Made by a program: the position numbers and the translations under genes. Shown here piece by piece: positions 6,717 to 16,468 of a stretch of DNA of 64,000 bases (position 1 is its first letter; the number at the start of each line of letters is the position of its first letter). The notes below the pieces were generated by a model. That model worked only from the letters and a program-made list of their open reading frames with translations, ran no database searches and was not told the DNA's origin. Source of the DNA: Candidatus Daviesbacteria bacterium (GTDB taxonomy: Bacteria; Patescibacteriota; Microgenomatia; Daviesbacterales; UBA10151); contig CP066688.1 in the NCBI GenBank assembly GCA_016432425.1, forward strand, positions 20,368-84,367, given 5' to 3'.

Positions 6717-7565
6717 ATTAAAATAACCGGTGATCGCTTGATGAATATCCTCTAAGATTGGTGTTGTTTGAGAAGGATCTCCTTCTATCACCATATCAAT
6801 TTTGACTCTTTTAGCAGTTTGAGAACATTTAACTTGTGAATTTTTTAACCGGGTAGAAAAAAGCGTGGTTAGATCATCTTGCAATCTATCAACTTCATCA
6901 GAAAGAATATGCATGCTCTCAATCACTGCGCTTTTGCGGGGATTAATGCCTGCTTTAGCCCGGAAACGGCGCACCAGTTCTTCTGTTCCCCTAACAGATA
7001 AATTCCTTTTCAAAACTTCTTTATAAGCTTCAATAATTAAATGAGGGTCTTCTAAGGCTGCTAGCGCTCTGGCATGGCCTTCAGTGGTTTGCCCTGACAT
7101 CAAAGCATCTTTAAGGGCATCAGGTAAAGTTAAGAGCCTAATGGTATTAGAAATATAGGCCGGGCTTTTGCCCACCCTAGTGGCAATTTCATTATTAGTT
7201 AAGGCAAACTCATCCATCAAACGTTTATAAGCTTGGGCCCGCTCCAGAGGATTTAAATCCATCCGCTGCACGTTTTCCACAATAGCCATTTCCAACATTC
7301 CCCGCGGATTGGTCTCCCGGATAATTACCGGCACTTTAGATAACCCTACCAGTTTAGCTGCCCGCCAACGCCGCTCGCCTGCCACAATTTGAAATCCAGC
7401 CGGAGTTTTGGCCACTACTAGAGGTTCCAAAATACCATGCTCTTTAATTGAATCTGCCAACTCCGCCAGGGAATCCGGAGTAATTAAACCACGAGGCTGC
7501 AGGGGATTAGGCTGAAGTAAATTAATATCCAGTTCGTTAATTTGTTCGTTTTGTTGATCGTCCAT
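6702..7565 (-). CDS. parB: ParB/Spo0J chromosome partitioning protein
   Basis: The ParB N-terminal box LLQPNPLQPR...LAELADSIKEHGILEPLVV...IVAGERRWRAAKL is present, with an HTH and a C-terminal dimerization domain. No parA is adjacent. Confidence 0.85.
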   Translation of the reverse strand: MDDQQNEQINELDINLLQPNPLQPRGLITPDSLAELADSIKEHGILEPLVVAKTPAGFQIVAGERRWRAAKLVGLSKVPVIIRETNPRGMLEMAIVENVQRMDLNPLERAQAYKRLMDEFALTNNEIATRVGKSPAYISNTIRLLTLPDALKDALMSGQTTEGHARALAALEDPHLIIEAYKEVLKRNLSVRGTEELVRRFRAKAGINPRKSAVIESMHILSDEVDRLQDDLTTLFSTRLKNSQVKCSQTAKRVKIDMVIEGDPSQTTPILEDIHQAITGYFNLKSD

Positions 7566-7810
7566 TATATAACGCTTACTGTTAGCCTACCGATTCTTTT
7601 TTTAAAAACAACACTACCAGCAGTAGTGGCAAAAATAGTGAAATCATTACCTTGACGGGTACCTATCCCTGGAAAAACTTTATTACCTTTTTGTCTGATG
7701 ATAATATTGCCTGATTTAACTGCTTGCCCACCAAAAACTTTCACGCCTAAACGTTTAGATTTTGAATCTCTATTAGTTCTGGTTGTACCTCCACCTTTTT
7801 TATGTGCCAT
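7565..7810 (-). CDS. rpmA: 50S ribosomal protein L27
   Basis: The sequence [28 protein letters not shown]...IIIRQKG is near-identical in pattern to bacterial L27. Confidence 0.9.
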   Translation of the reverse strand: MAHKKGGGTTRTNRDSKSKRLGVKVFGGQAVKSGNIIIRQKGNKVFPGIGTRQGNDFTIFATTAGSVVFKKRIGRLTVSVI

Positions 7811-7856
7811 ACCGCAACATTTTAATCGCTGTGAAAAATTTAGTCAAGAATTATTT

Positions 7857-8150
7857 TCACGGAACTAGTTCAACCAAGGTTTTGCGTGGTCTAATACCGG
7901 TAACCCGACGATAATTTGCCTTGGCATGGAATTTAGCCACTCTAATTTTAGGAAGTTTCCGCTCCTCGACTACTTTTAATTCTAATTTGCTATCTAAATA
8001 AGGCTTGCCAACTTTAACTTTACCATCCTCGCTCAGCATGAGCACTTTTACCTCTGGTTGTTTCTCGCCTAGTAAATCTACTAAAAATTTTTGCCCCGGG
8101 GCAACTATATATTGTTTACCTTTAATTTCCAATACTACAAAGTTAGTCAT
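7857..8150 (-). CDS. rplU: 50S ribosomal protein L21
   Basis: The L21 pattern (...KGKQY.V..G......L.......V.......I...GK.VV, basic C-terminal tail) is present, immediately upstream of rpmA. Confidence 0.9.
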   Translation of the reverse strand: MTNFVVLEIKGKQYIVAPGQKFLVDLLGEKQPEVKVLMLSEDGKVKVGKPYLDSKLELKVVEERKLPKIRVAKFHAKANYRRVTGIRPRKTLVELVP

Positions 8151-8178
8151 CGAGGGAATTTTAGCGCAAAGCTAGTTG

Positions 8179-9237
8179 TTATGTCAATTTTCTACTCATA
8201 TTAGCAACAGAAGCAGACAACCCTAAACAGATTAAGGTGGCAAGTAGCGAACTTCCTCCATAGGAAACCAGCGGCAAAGTAATACCGGTAATGGGCAAAA
8301 TACCCACATTCATGCCAATATTGACAAAAACTTGAAATAAAATCATGGTGACTACCCCATAGATGATCAAATAGCCAAAACTATTCCCCGTCTCTTTACT
8401 TACTTTAAGCAGATAAAAAATTAAATAACCATATAAACTTAAAATTACCAAGGCTCCGACTAAACCTAATTCTTCGGAAATAGCGGCAAAAATAAAATCA
8501 GTCCGGAATTCGGGTAAAAATTGTAACCTGGATTGGGTACCGCTGCCCAAACCCCGGCCAAAAACTTGTCCAGAGCCTACGGCAATAGTAGACTGGATAA
8601 TATTGTATCCGGTTCCCAGAGGGTCACTGTTGGGAGAAAGGAAATTAAACACCCTTTGTTTTTGGTAATCTTGCAGGTTTAGCCAGATTAAGGGCATGGT
8701 AATAGTAAATAAAAAACCAAGCAGGACAACTTTTTTAAAGGAAATTCTAGTTATTAAAAGCATTCCTAAAAAGATTGCCGTAATAGTTAAAGTCGTACCC
8801 AAATCAGGTTGTTTAAAAATCAAAAACAAGGCAGGCAAGATAATTCCTACACTTAAGGAAATATTTTTCCAATTTGGTAAATGTTTTGACCAAAAATCAG
8901 CTAACAGTAAAATTAAAACTGGTTTTGCCAGCTCTGAAGGTTGAATATTAAAAAATCCCAGCGGAATCCAACGAACCGATCCTCTAGTTTCTATACCAAC
9001 AACAAATACCACTATTAACAATAGTAAAGTTATTAAATAAGTCGGATAAATAATATGAGTTAAGGCTCGGTAATCGGAATGAGAAAGTAGTAAAAAAATA
9101 ATGAATCCCAAGGCAGTAGCAAATAATTGTTGGCTGGCTAGGGTTAAAGAAGAAGATAAAAGTACGATGATGCCAATGGACAGTAGTAGTAAACTGGACA
9201 AAATTATGGGCAGGTTAATATCTTTTAAAAACCTCAT
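8179..9237 (-). CDS. rodA: SEDS-family peptidoglycan glycosyltransferase, RodA-like
   Basis: A 10-TM protein carries the SEDS motifs GSVRWIPLGFFNIQPSELAKP and PEFRTDFIFAAISEELG. It is distinct from the dcw-encoded ftsW paralog, hence RodA. Confidence 0.75.
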   Translation of the reverse strand: MRFLKDINLPIILSSLLLLSIGIIVLLSSSLTLASQQLFATALGFIIFLLLSHSDYRALTHIIYPTYLITLLLLIVVFVVGIETRGSVRWIPLGFFNIQPSELAKPVLILLLADFWSKHLPNWKNISLSVGIILPALFLIFKQPDLGTTLTITAIFLGMLLITRISFKKVVLLGFLFTITMPLIWLNLQDYQKQRVFNFLSPNSDPLGTGYNIIQSTIAVGSGQVFGRGLGSGTQSRLQFLPEFRTDFIFAAISEELGLVGALVILSLYGYLIFYLLKVSKETGNSFGYLIIYGVVTMILFQVFVNIGMNVGILPITGITLPLVSYGGSSLLATLICLGLSASVANMSRKLT

Positions 9238-12101
9238 GCTACTTTTTCTACTTTTAGCTCCGGCCCTTCATTGATGGATATGGAAGAGGTAGCTTTTAAA
9301 ATTTGTTCTTCAAAATCTTGAGGCCATTTGGGAACTACAACTTTGGTTTTATCAGCCAAAGTTAGGCCTTGTTCTTTTCTTAATTGCTGAATTTGCCTAA
9401 TTAACTCCCTGGCTTCCCCTTCTTGTGCAAGTTCTGGAGTAATATTTGTATCCAGGATTATTTTTGGATCAGCTGATGAAATTTTTTGGTACTCAACTTT
9501 TTTAACATTTAATTCATCTGCCAAAATTTGTTCTAAATCTGTACTCAATTTTTCTGTTGATTCATAAGTTAAATACCCCAAGGGCTGCTTTAGTTTAATA
9601 TTTTCCTCTTTTCTTTTAGCCAAACCTGCTTCGGATATTTTTCTAACTAGCTTCATAGCTTTTTCCAACCCATTATCCAATAACTTTTCCCGAAATTCTG
9701 GCCAATCACTTAAATGAACTGACTGTTTACCAGTTAAATTTCTATATATTTCTTCACTTAAAAATGGAATAAAAGGTGCCAAAATCTTAGAATAATTAGC
9801 CAATACCACCCAAAGAGCTTGCAGGGTATCATTTTTATCGGTAATATCAGTAACTTCTGGTCCTACTCTATCCCTGATACGTCTTACATACCAATTAGAT
9901 AAATCGTCAATAAATATCTCTGCCTGTCCTGTGGCATCACTGGCATCATACTTTTCTAAACTCTCAGCAATATTTTTAATATTTCTATTCATTCTAGAGA
10001 TAATCCATCTATCTAAAACATGTTTTGGCTCAAAATTTTCTTCCGGTTTCCAATCATTTAAATTCGCATACATCACAAAAAATGAATAAACGTTCCATAA
10101 TTTCAACAAGAAAAGTCTTTTAATTTCTTCAAGTACATGGAAACCAAAATTAACATTATGCTCTGGATTAGTCCTTAAATATAACCACCTCATTACATCT
10201 GCCCCAATTTTGTCCGCTGCTTCATTAAACTCAATAGCGTTTCCTTTGGATTTGTGCATTTCCTCGCCTTTCTCATCTCTCACCGAGGCAAAACCCAACA
10301 GGTTTTTAAAAGGAGTAGTTTTCTTTAAGGCTGTACTCATGGCAATAAGAGAATAAAACCAGTTTTTAAATTGTCCGGGGAAACTTTCTGTGATAAAATC
10401 TGCCGGGAACCATTCTTCAGGCAAAGTAGAAAAAGGCACGATTCCGGCATCTAACCAAGGATTACCGACATCAGGAATACGATTTGCAACCTCATTACAT
10501 TTTGAACATTTAATTTTTACTTGATCAATCCAGGGCCGATGAGGAGAATGTCCCTCAAACTTTTCCCACCCCTCCACAGCTTTTTCTTTTAACTCTTTTT
10601 TGCCGCCAACTACTTCAAAATTACCGCATTTTTGACATTCCCAAATAGGCAGTGACAAACCCCAATATCTTTTTTTAGAAATTAACCAGTCATGCATATT
10701 TTTTAACCAATCTAGTTCGCGGTCATACCCCCATTTAGGCAGCCATTTTGCCTCTTTAATAACTTCTATCATTTGCTGGCGATAAGTTTTACCGGATTCG
10801 TCTTTGGTATCCATGGCTATATACCATTCATCAACCACTCTCCAAACTAACTCTGTTTTGCATCGCCAACAAGTAGGATAGCGGTGAGTATATTTAACGA
10901 CGTCAAATAAAAACTTACCATTTTCAAAACTTTTTAGAAAATTAATAATTAATTCCGGATGAGTTTTAGCATTTTGACCGGAAAAATCCCCCAAACCATC
11001 TATATAATTGGCACTTTCATCAATTACCTCAATTATGGGCAGTTGATATTTTTTACCTAATTGAAAATCTTCAGTACCTGCTCCCGGCGCTGTATGTACC
11101 AAACCTGTGCCATCCACGTCAGTAATAGGCATAATCATCGGATCCGTAGCCACCACCTGATGATTATAATTTGATAAAGATTTTTGCATTTGAGGCAGTT
11201 CATCAAAGGGAGACTTATATTCAAGACCAACTAATTCTTGACCTTTTAAATTTTTAACAACATTTAACTTTAATCTTTCAGCTGCTTCTTTGCTTAAATA
11301 ATAGGTATTACCAGGTACGGTACCACTGGCAACTACATAATCTTTATTGGGATCAACTGCTATAGCTACGTTAGCAGGTAAAGTCCATGGTGTAGTTGTC
11401 CAAACTAAGAGATATTCATTTTTTCTGCCTATAATTGGATATTCAATATAGAGGGAATCATGTGTCAGTTCTTGATACTCCTCAGTTAAAATTTCATGCT
11501 GGGAAATAGCTGTACCACACCGGGGGCACCAAGGAACACTGTCGCGACCTTTATAAAGCCAACCTTTAGCATTTACTACTTTTAAAAAATTCCAGATTGC
11601 GTAGTTATTTTCATCTGAGGAAGTATGGTAAGAATTATCCCAATCCATGAAATAACCTAAGCGTTTACTTTGCTGCGTCTGAATAGCCGAATATTTTTTC
11701 ACCCTCTCTTTGCAGAGGTTAATAAATTTTTCCAAAGAAGCAAATTTATCACCCGGTACTAAATTTTCAATATCTTTCTTGCTTTTTAAGCCTAATTCTT
11801 TTTCTACTTCTACTTCCACCCACAGCCCTTGTTCATCAAAACCGTTCTGAAATCTTTGCCTAAATCCACGCATATTAAAAAATCGCTGCCACAAATCTTT
11901 ATAAGTTCTACCCCAGGCATGATGCACTGCCATAGGATTATTAGCAGTAATGGGCCCATCCAGAAAAGAGAATTTTTGACTAGAGTTTTGATTTTTAGTT
12001 AAATATTTTTTAGTTACACCTTCTTGATACCAAAAATCTAGCAACTCTTTCTCTAGGATTGTAAAATCCACTTGTGAAGAAACTGGTTTGAATTTAGCCA
12101 T
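9234..12101 (-). CDS. ileS: class I aminoacyl-tRNA synthetase, most likely isoleucyl-tRNA synthetase (type 2-like)
   Basis: A HIGH-region variant (PITANNPMAVHHAWG), a WLISKKRYWGLSLP motif (WCISRQRYWG-like), a KMSKS variant (MHKSKGN) and a Cys-containing Zn-ribbon region fit an IleRS/ValRS editing synthetase. The 955-aa length and HIGH region favour IleRS. ValRS is not excluded. Confidence 0.6.
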   Translation of the reverse strand: MAKFKPVSSQVDFTILEKELLDFWYQEGVTKKYLTKNQNSSQKFSFLDGPITANNPMAVHHAWGRTYKDLWQRFFNMRGFRQRFQNGFDEQGLWVEVEVEKELGLKSKKDIENLVPGDKFASLEKFINLCKERVKKYSAIQTQQSKRLGYFMDWDNSYHTSSDENNYAIWNFLKVVNAKGWLYKGRDSVPWCPRCGTAISQHEILTEEYQELTHDSLYIEYPIIGRKNEYLLVWTTTPWTLPANVAIAVDPNKDYVVASGTVPGNTYYLSKEAAERLKLNVVKNLKGQELVGLEYKSPFDELPQMQKSLSNYNHQVVATDPMIMPITDVDGTGLVHTAPGAGTEDFQLGKKYQLPIIEVIDESANYIDGLGDFSGQNAKTHPELIINFLKSFENGKFLFDVVKYTHRYPTCWRCKTELVWRVVDEWYIAMDTKDESGKTYRQQMIEVIKEAKWLPKWGYDRELDWLKNMHDWLISKKRYWGLSLPIWECQKCGNFEVVGGKKELKEKAVEGWEKFEGHSPHRPWIDQVKIKCSKCNEVANRIPDVGNPWLDAGIVPFSTLPEEWFPADFITESFPGQFKNWFYSLIAMSTALKKTTPFKNLLGFASVRDEKGEEMHKSKGNAIEFNEAADKIGADVMRWLYLRTNPEHNVNFGFHVLEEIKRLFLLKLWNVYSFFVMYANLNDWKPEENFEPKHVLDRWIISRMNRNIKNIAESLEKYDASDATGQAEIFIDDLSNWYVRRIRDRVGPEVTDITDKNDTLQALWVVLANYSKILAPFIPFLSEEIYRNLTGKQSVHLSDWPEFREKLLDNGLEKAMKLVRKISEAGLAKRKEENIKLKQPLGYLTYESTEKLSTDLEQILADELNVKKVEYQKISSADPKIILDTNITPELAQEGEARELIRQIQQLRKEQGLTLADKTKVVVPKWPQDFEEQILKATSSISINEGPELKVEKVA

Positions 12102-12200
12102 ATGAGGTAAATTCTACCAAAAAAGGTTATTACGATCTATAATGAAAAGGTTAATAAGGCTGGCTACTAATGTAAAGCTATCGTCAGGTGTTTAATTACT

Positions 12201-13364
12201 TTATCTGTTATTCCTTAAAAATGCGGGAATTTCTAAATCATCACTATCATCATCTTCAGTTACCTCTGACTCGGAAGATGCATCTGAAACAGATTTTTGA
12301 TCCTGATCATCACTTTGGCCAGTAGTAGGCGTCGACACCCAAGGAGATGCCTGCTGACCAAGTGAGGCTGAACCAATGCCAGTTCCTACATATTCCCTCA
12401 ACCTCATTCTACTTTCATCAAAGCCAGTGGCAATGACAGAAATTTTTACTTGGTCTAATTGATCTTCTTTGATGGTCGCTCCAAAAATGATGTTAGCATC
12501 AGGATCGGAGGCTTGGGCAATAATTTGGGCTGCCTCATTTACCTCATTCATAGACAGGTCTGATCCGCCCACAATGTTAAATAACACTCCTTTGGCTCCC
12601 TGGATGGAAACTTCCAAAAGTGGTGAGGCAATGGCCATTCTGGCTGCAGCAGCGGCCCGGTTTTCCCCACCAGCCACTCCAATACCCATTAAGGCTGAGC
12701 CGGCATTACTCATAATAGTTTTAACATCGGCAAAATCCACATTAATCAAACCTGGCATGGTAATTAGGTCAGAAATTCCCTGGACTCCTTGACCCAGTAC
12801 CGAATCTGCCAGTTTAAATGCTTCTTGTAGAGTCATATTTTTATCTACTACCTCCAGGAGTCTCTGATTGGGAATTATAATCAAAGCATCAACCTTATCT
12901 TTTAAACTCTCAATACCCTCTTCCGCAGCCACCATTCGCCTGGTTCCCTCAAAGGCAAATGGTTTGGTGACTACTGCCACAGTCAAAGCCCCCACATTTT
13001 TAGCAATTTGAGCCACAATAGGAATTGAACCAGTACCAGTTCCTCCACCCATTCCGGCAGTAATAAAAACCATATCTGCATCTTGCAAAACATCCTCTAA
13101 CTTCTGCGTTGATTCTTCGGCGGCTTGTTTACCCACGTCTGGATCTCCACCAGAACCTAAGCCTCGAGTGAGTGCTTCTCCAATTTGTACCTTGGTGGGA
13201 GAGGGATTAGTGAAAAGAGCCTGGGCGTCAGTATTAATAGCTACAAACTCCACTCCTTGAATTTGTTGCAGAGACATCATAGAGCCAATCGCATTACCAC
13301 CACCACCACCCAACCCAATTACTTTTATCTTAGCGAATCTTTGAACGTCCGGTTTAACTAACAT
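12201..13364 (-). CDS. ftsZ: cell division GTPase FtsZ
   Basis: The tubulin signature GLGGGGGNAIGSMM and the T7 loop are present. The C-terminal peptide DLEIPAFLR is conserved. Confidence 0.95.
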   Translation of the reverse strand: MLVKPDVQRFAKIKVIGLGGGGGNAIGSMMSLQQIQGVEFVAINTDAQALFTNPSPTKVQIGEALTRGLGSGGDPDVGKQAAEESTQKLEDVLQDADMVFITAGMGGGTGTGSIPIVAQIAKNVGALTVAVVTKPFAFEGTRRMVAAEEGIESLKDKVDALIIIPNQRLLEVVDKNMTLQEAFKLADSVLGQGVQGISDLITMPGLINVDFADVKTIMSNAGSALMGIGVAGGENRAAAAARMAIASPLLEVSIQGAKGVLFNIVGGSDLSMNEVNEAAQIIAQASDPDANIIFGATIKEDQLDQVKISVIATGFDESRMRLREYVGTGIGSASLGQQASPWVSTPTTGQSDDQDQKSVSDASSESEVTEDDDSDDLEIPAFLRNNR

Positions 13365-13412
13365 TTTATTTCTGGCAGAATATTATCAAAATCTTAGATT
13401 AATTACAAGACC

Positions 13413-14699
13413 TCACGGCAGAAATGATTTAATTAAGTCAAGACCTTTTTGCAGTACCCCTTTAATAGGTAAATTACCAGATAGCATCGGAATATGAATT
13501 TGTCCTGTCTCCCCCTGGCTGACTCCATAAACAATTAACCCTGTTGCAGTGGCAAAGGATAGGGAATCAATCTCATCTACTAAACCTCCCAAACCCTCTA
13601 TCTTGCCTAAGCGGGCCGGGAAACCCAAAACATATTTGGCTTGATCTAGCGCTCCCACTGTGAGAGACCCTCCGCCACACAAGACTATTCCTGAAGGAAT
13701 TTGTACCCCAAAACCACTTTTCTTAATTTCTTTACCCACGAATTTAAAGATTTCCTGCAACCTAGGTCTGATGATTCCATCTACTACGGCTTTACGGGAA
13801 ATTTTTTGCTGAATATCTTCTTCTAATCCCAACTCTTTAATCTCTAAAATATCATCTTCTTTATTCTTTCCTCCTTTTTCTTTCTCGTCCAAAATAATCG
13901 GTTTTTTAGGTAATTTGCCCAAAGCTAATTTAATTTTCTCTGCTCCCTCCAAAGAAATTCTTAGTCCCACAGCCAAATCAGAAGTAATATGACGGGCACC
14001 AATCGGTACTACTGCCGAGTAAGCCACTGACCCATCTACAAAAATAACTACATCGGTTGTTTCTCCTCCAATATCAATTAGGGCCACCCCCAACTCTTTT
14101 TCTGTATCAGTTAATACCGCCACAGATGAGGCCACTCCGGAAAACACTAATTCTGTCACTTCAATTCCCACCTCAGAAACACATTTGACTAAATTCCTCA
14201 TGGCCGCTGAAGCCCCGGTAATAATGTGGGTTTCTGTTTCTAACCTTACTCCCGTCATCCCCACCGGATCTTTAATTCCCTCTTGTCCGTCTACGGTGAA
14301 AGTCCGGGGAATAACATGAAGGATCTCCCGAGAGGCCGGCAGCGCCACTGCTTTAGCGGCGTCATTAACCCTCAAAATGTCCCCTTCTTTAATCTCTCCT
14401 TCTGGTTGAGCCACAGCCACTACTGCGTGTTGGTTTAAACTTTCAATTTGAGGCCCACCCAAAGAAACATAAGCCGAAGAGATCGAGTACCCAGCCATCC
14501 GTTCTGAAGCTTCTACTGATTCAGTAATAGCAGCTACTGCTTCTTCAATATCTACTATCTGATCTTTCCGAACTCCCTTGGCGGGGGTGCTGGAAACTCC
14601 AATAAGACTAATCTTGTCATCCTCAGAAATTGAAGCAATTAAAGTGGCAACTTTCGATGATCCTACATCAATAGCACAAACAATTCGATCTTTAGCCAT
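13413..14699 (-). CDS. ftsA: cell division protein FtsA (actin-like ATPase)
   Basis: The N-terminus reads IVCAIDVGSSKV and the actin-fold phosphate motifs are present. The gene lies upstream of ftsZ. Confidence 0.9.
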   Translation of the reverse strand: MAKDRIVCAIDVGSSKVATLIASISEDDKISLIGVSSTPAKGVRKDQIVDIEEAVAAITESVEASERMAGYSISSAYVSLGGPQIESLNQHAVVAVAQPEGEIKEGDILRVNDAAKAVALPASREILHVIPRTFTVDGQEGIKDPVGMTGVRLETETHIITGASAAMRNLVKCVSEVGIEVTELVFSGVASSVAVLTDTEKELGVALIDIGGETTDVVIFVDGSVAYSAVVPIGARHITSDLAVGLRISLEGAEKIKLALGKLPKKPIILDEKEKGGKNKEDDILEIKELGLEEDIQQKISRKAVVDGIIRPRLQEIFKFVGKEIKKSGFGVQIPSGIVLCGGGSLTVGALDQAKYVLGFPARLGKIEGLGGLVDEIDSLSFATATGLIVYGVSQGETGQIHIPMLSGNLPIKGVLQKGLDLIKSFLP

Positions 14700-14721
14700 A
14701 GCCTAAATTCTTTTAATCTCC

Positions 14722-15339
14722 TTATATCTCCTTCTTTTGATCAGTAGCATATTTAATAACTGGATTTTCAAAACGCAGATCGATCAATTTAAGCTCCTTG
14801 TTATCAATTTTAGCTTTCTGCAGTATCAATTGTAAAGCAGTCAATTGAATATCCACATTTTTATTAAAATCCGCAATTATAATTGGTGGGCCGTTGAGAA
14901 CCAAAATATTGGTAAAGACCCATGAAGTATTCACTGTAATTTGGAAATCTTTTAATTTGTCTTTCATTTTTACAACTGCAGAAACCAAGGATGCCGGTAA
15001 ATTTTGTCCCACACTAAATTTTTGATCCAACAAAATCAATTTAAGTTGATCTGCCAGTTGGTCAGCTTTTTCAAAAACTACACCTTTTTGGTCTACCGCC
15101 AGAAGATCACCGGAGGCGCTAGCGCTACTGCTAGCCAGAAGAATCACTTGATCCAAAGTTGTAGGTTGGACAATTTCCGGATTTTGCAAAATGATGGCGG
15201 GTTGGCTTTTTTTTACTGAAACTTCTACTTGATTAGTTTTAAAAATTGGCAGCTGTGAAATAAGTATCAGGCTTAAAAAAATAAAAATGAATAGTAGTAA
15301 TATAATTTGAGAAATACCTTTTCTGCCTGCCTTAGCCAT
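14722..15339 (-). CDS. ftsQ: FtsQ/DivIB-like division protein (single TM plus POTRA-like periplasmic domain)
   Basis: The call rests on its position between murG and ftsA, its short length (205 aa) and its N-terminal TM topology. Sequence signal is weak. Confidence 0.5.
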   Translation of the reverse strand: MAKAGRKGISQIILLLFIFIFLSLILISQLPIFKTNQVEVSVKKSQPAIILQNPEIVQPTTLDQVILLASSSASASGDLLAVDQKGVVFEKADQLADQLKLILLDQKFSVGQNLPASLVSAVVKMKDKLKDFQITVNTSWVFTNILVLNGPPIIIADFNKNVDIQLTALQLILQKAKIDNKELKLIDLRFENPVIKYATDQKKEI

Positions 15340-15357
15340 AGTTATATTATATATGTA

Positions 15358-16467
15358 TCAGGAGCGCCCTAACAGGATGATTTCCAAGGCTAATCTTTTT
15401 TCGCTATCTGGAATAACTACCTCTTTGGCAACTTGAGCAGATTTAGTTAAACTAGCTAAATTTTTTAAAGACTTTTTGATAGTTTCCTCCAACACTTCAC
15501 CTGAGGCTTCTTTTTGCCAAATGATTTGACACAGTCCAAGTTTTTGAAAAAATTCTGCATTTTTTGTTTGCTCATCTTGATATAAATAAGGAATAGGAAT
15601 GGTGAGAGCCGGTTTACCCAAATATGCTAACTCTAATAAAGTATTTGCTCCTGCTCTGGTTATGACCAAATCAGCAGATTTAAAAACTACTCCGATCTCT
15701 TCATTAATAAATTTTTTAACTAGAAACCAGGGAGTGGAAAATTTTTCTAATCTCTCAAAATCTTGATATTTAGAATCACCGGTTTGGTGGATAATACAGC
15801 AAAATTTTAAAAGTGAGGACAGCCTTTCTTCGATGAGTTGGTTTATAAAATGTGATCCCTGATTACCACCTGTCACTACCACTATTGGTAGGTGAGCTCT
15901 TTTGGCAAAATTAAAGAAGTTTTTGTATTCTTCCCCGATATTTTTGTGATTGCTTTTGAAAACCTCTCTAATGGGGTTACCTGTTAGAATGTATTTACCC
16001 TCAGTTTTTAAGTTTTGTCTAAAAGAAACCGCAATTTTATCAGCAAATAAACTACTAATTTTATTCGCCAAACCTGTGACCAATGTTTGTTCATGGATTA
16101 AGATGGGAATAGATAAAACCCAGGCACAAATTACCAAAGGCAGGGCTACATAACCTCCAAAAGACACCACCACATCGGGTTTCTCTTGTAAAAGAATTTT
16201 AAAAGCCTGGATAAAACCAATAGGGATTTTAAGAAGTGAAGGAATAGTGTAAGGGGTAAAGGAACGCTGCAGACGACCAGTAATAATGGGGATAAATTTG
16301 ACTCCCAAGCTTGGTAGAATTTGGGACTCAACAGACTTAGTTTGATCACCTTCCATGGTGGTACGGCGCCCCACGTAGACTAACTCTACCTCAGGGTATT
16401 TCTTCAATTCCTGAATAGTAGCTACAGCTGTAGTAAAATGTGCACCAGTTAGAATTATTTTTGACAT
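15358..16467 (-). CDS. murG: UDP-GlcNAc:lipid I GlcNAc transferase MurG (GT28)
   Basis: The N-terminus MSKIILTGAHFTTAVATIQELKK is present, a glycine-rich loop GGNQGS lies in the C-terminal half, and the gene is in the canonical dcw position. Confidence 0.8.
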   Translation of the reverse strand: MSKIILTGAHFTTAVATIQELKKYPEVELVYVGRRTTMEGDQTKSVESQILPSLGVKFIPIITGRLQRSFTPYTIPSLLKIPIGFIQAFKILLQEKPDVVVSFGGYVALPLVICAWVLSIPILIHEQTLVTGLANKISSLFADKIAVSFRQNLKTEGKYILTGNPIREVFKSNHKNIGEEYKNFFNFAKRAHLPIVVVTGGNQGSHFINQLIEERLSSLLKFCCIIHQTGDSKYQDFERLEKFSTPWFLVKKFINEEIGVVFKSADLVITRAGANTLLELAYLGKPALTIPIPYLYQDEQTKNAEFFQKLGLCQIIWQKEASGEVLEETIKKSLKNLASLTKSAQVAKEVVIPDSEKRLALEIILLGRS

Positions 16468-16468
16468 G

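Noticed and set aside
12102-12200. T-box riboswitch upstream of ileS (and likewise upstream of glyQS at 28283)
   Set aside because: The leaders are only 99 nt and 1 nt long. That is far too short for a 200-300-nt T-box. No specifier or T-box consensus (AATTAGGGTGGNACCGCG) was seen.
12469-12792. Antisense ORF inside ftsZ. Similar antisense or alternative-frame ORFs lie inside ftsI (22329-22682, 22510-22731), murF/murB-like (19890-20255), GT4 (40764-41060), Wzx (49471-49764, 49849-50226) and elsewhere
   Set aside because: Each is fully embedded in a longer ORF that has strong family motifs. They are typical spurious frames of AT-rich or codon-biased DNA.
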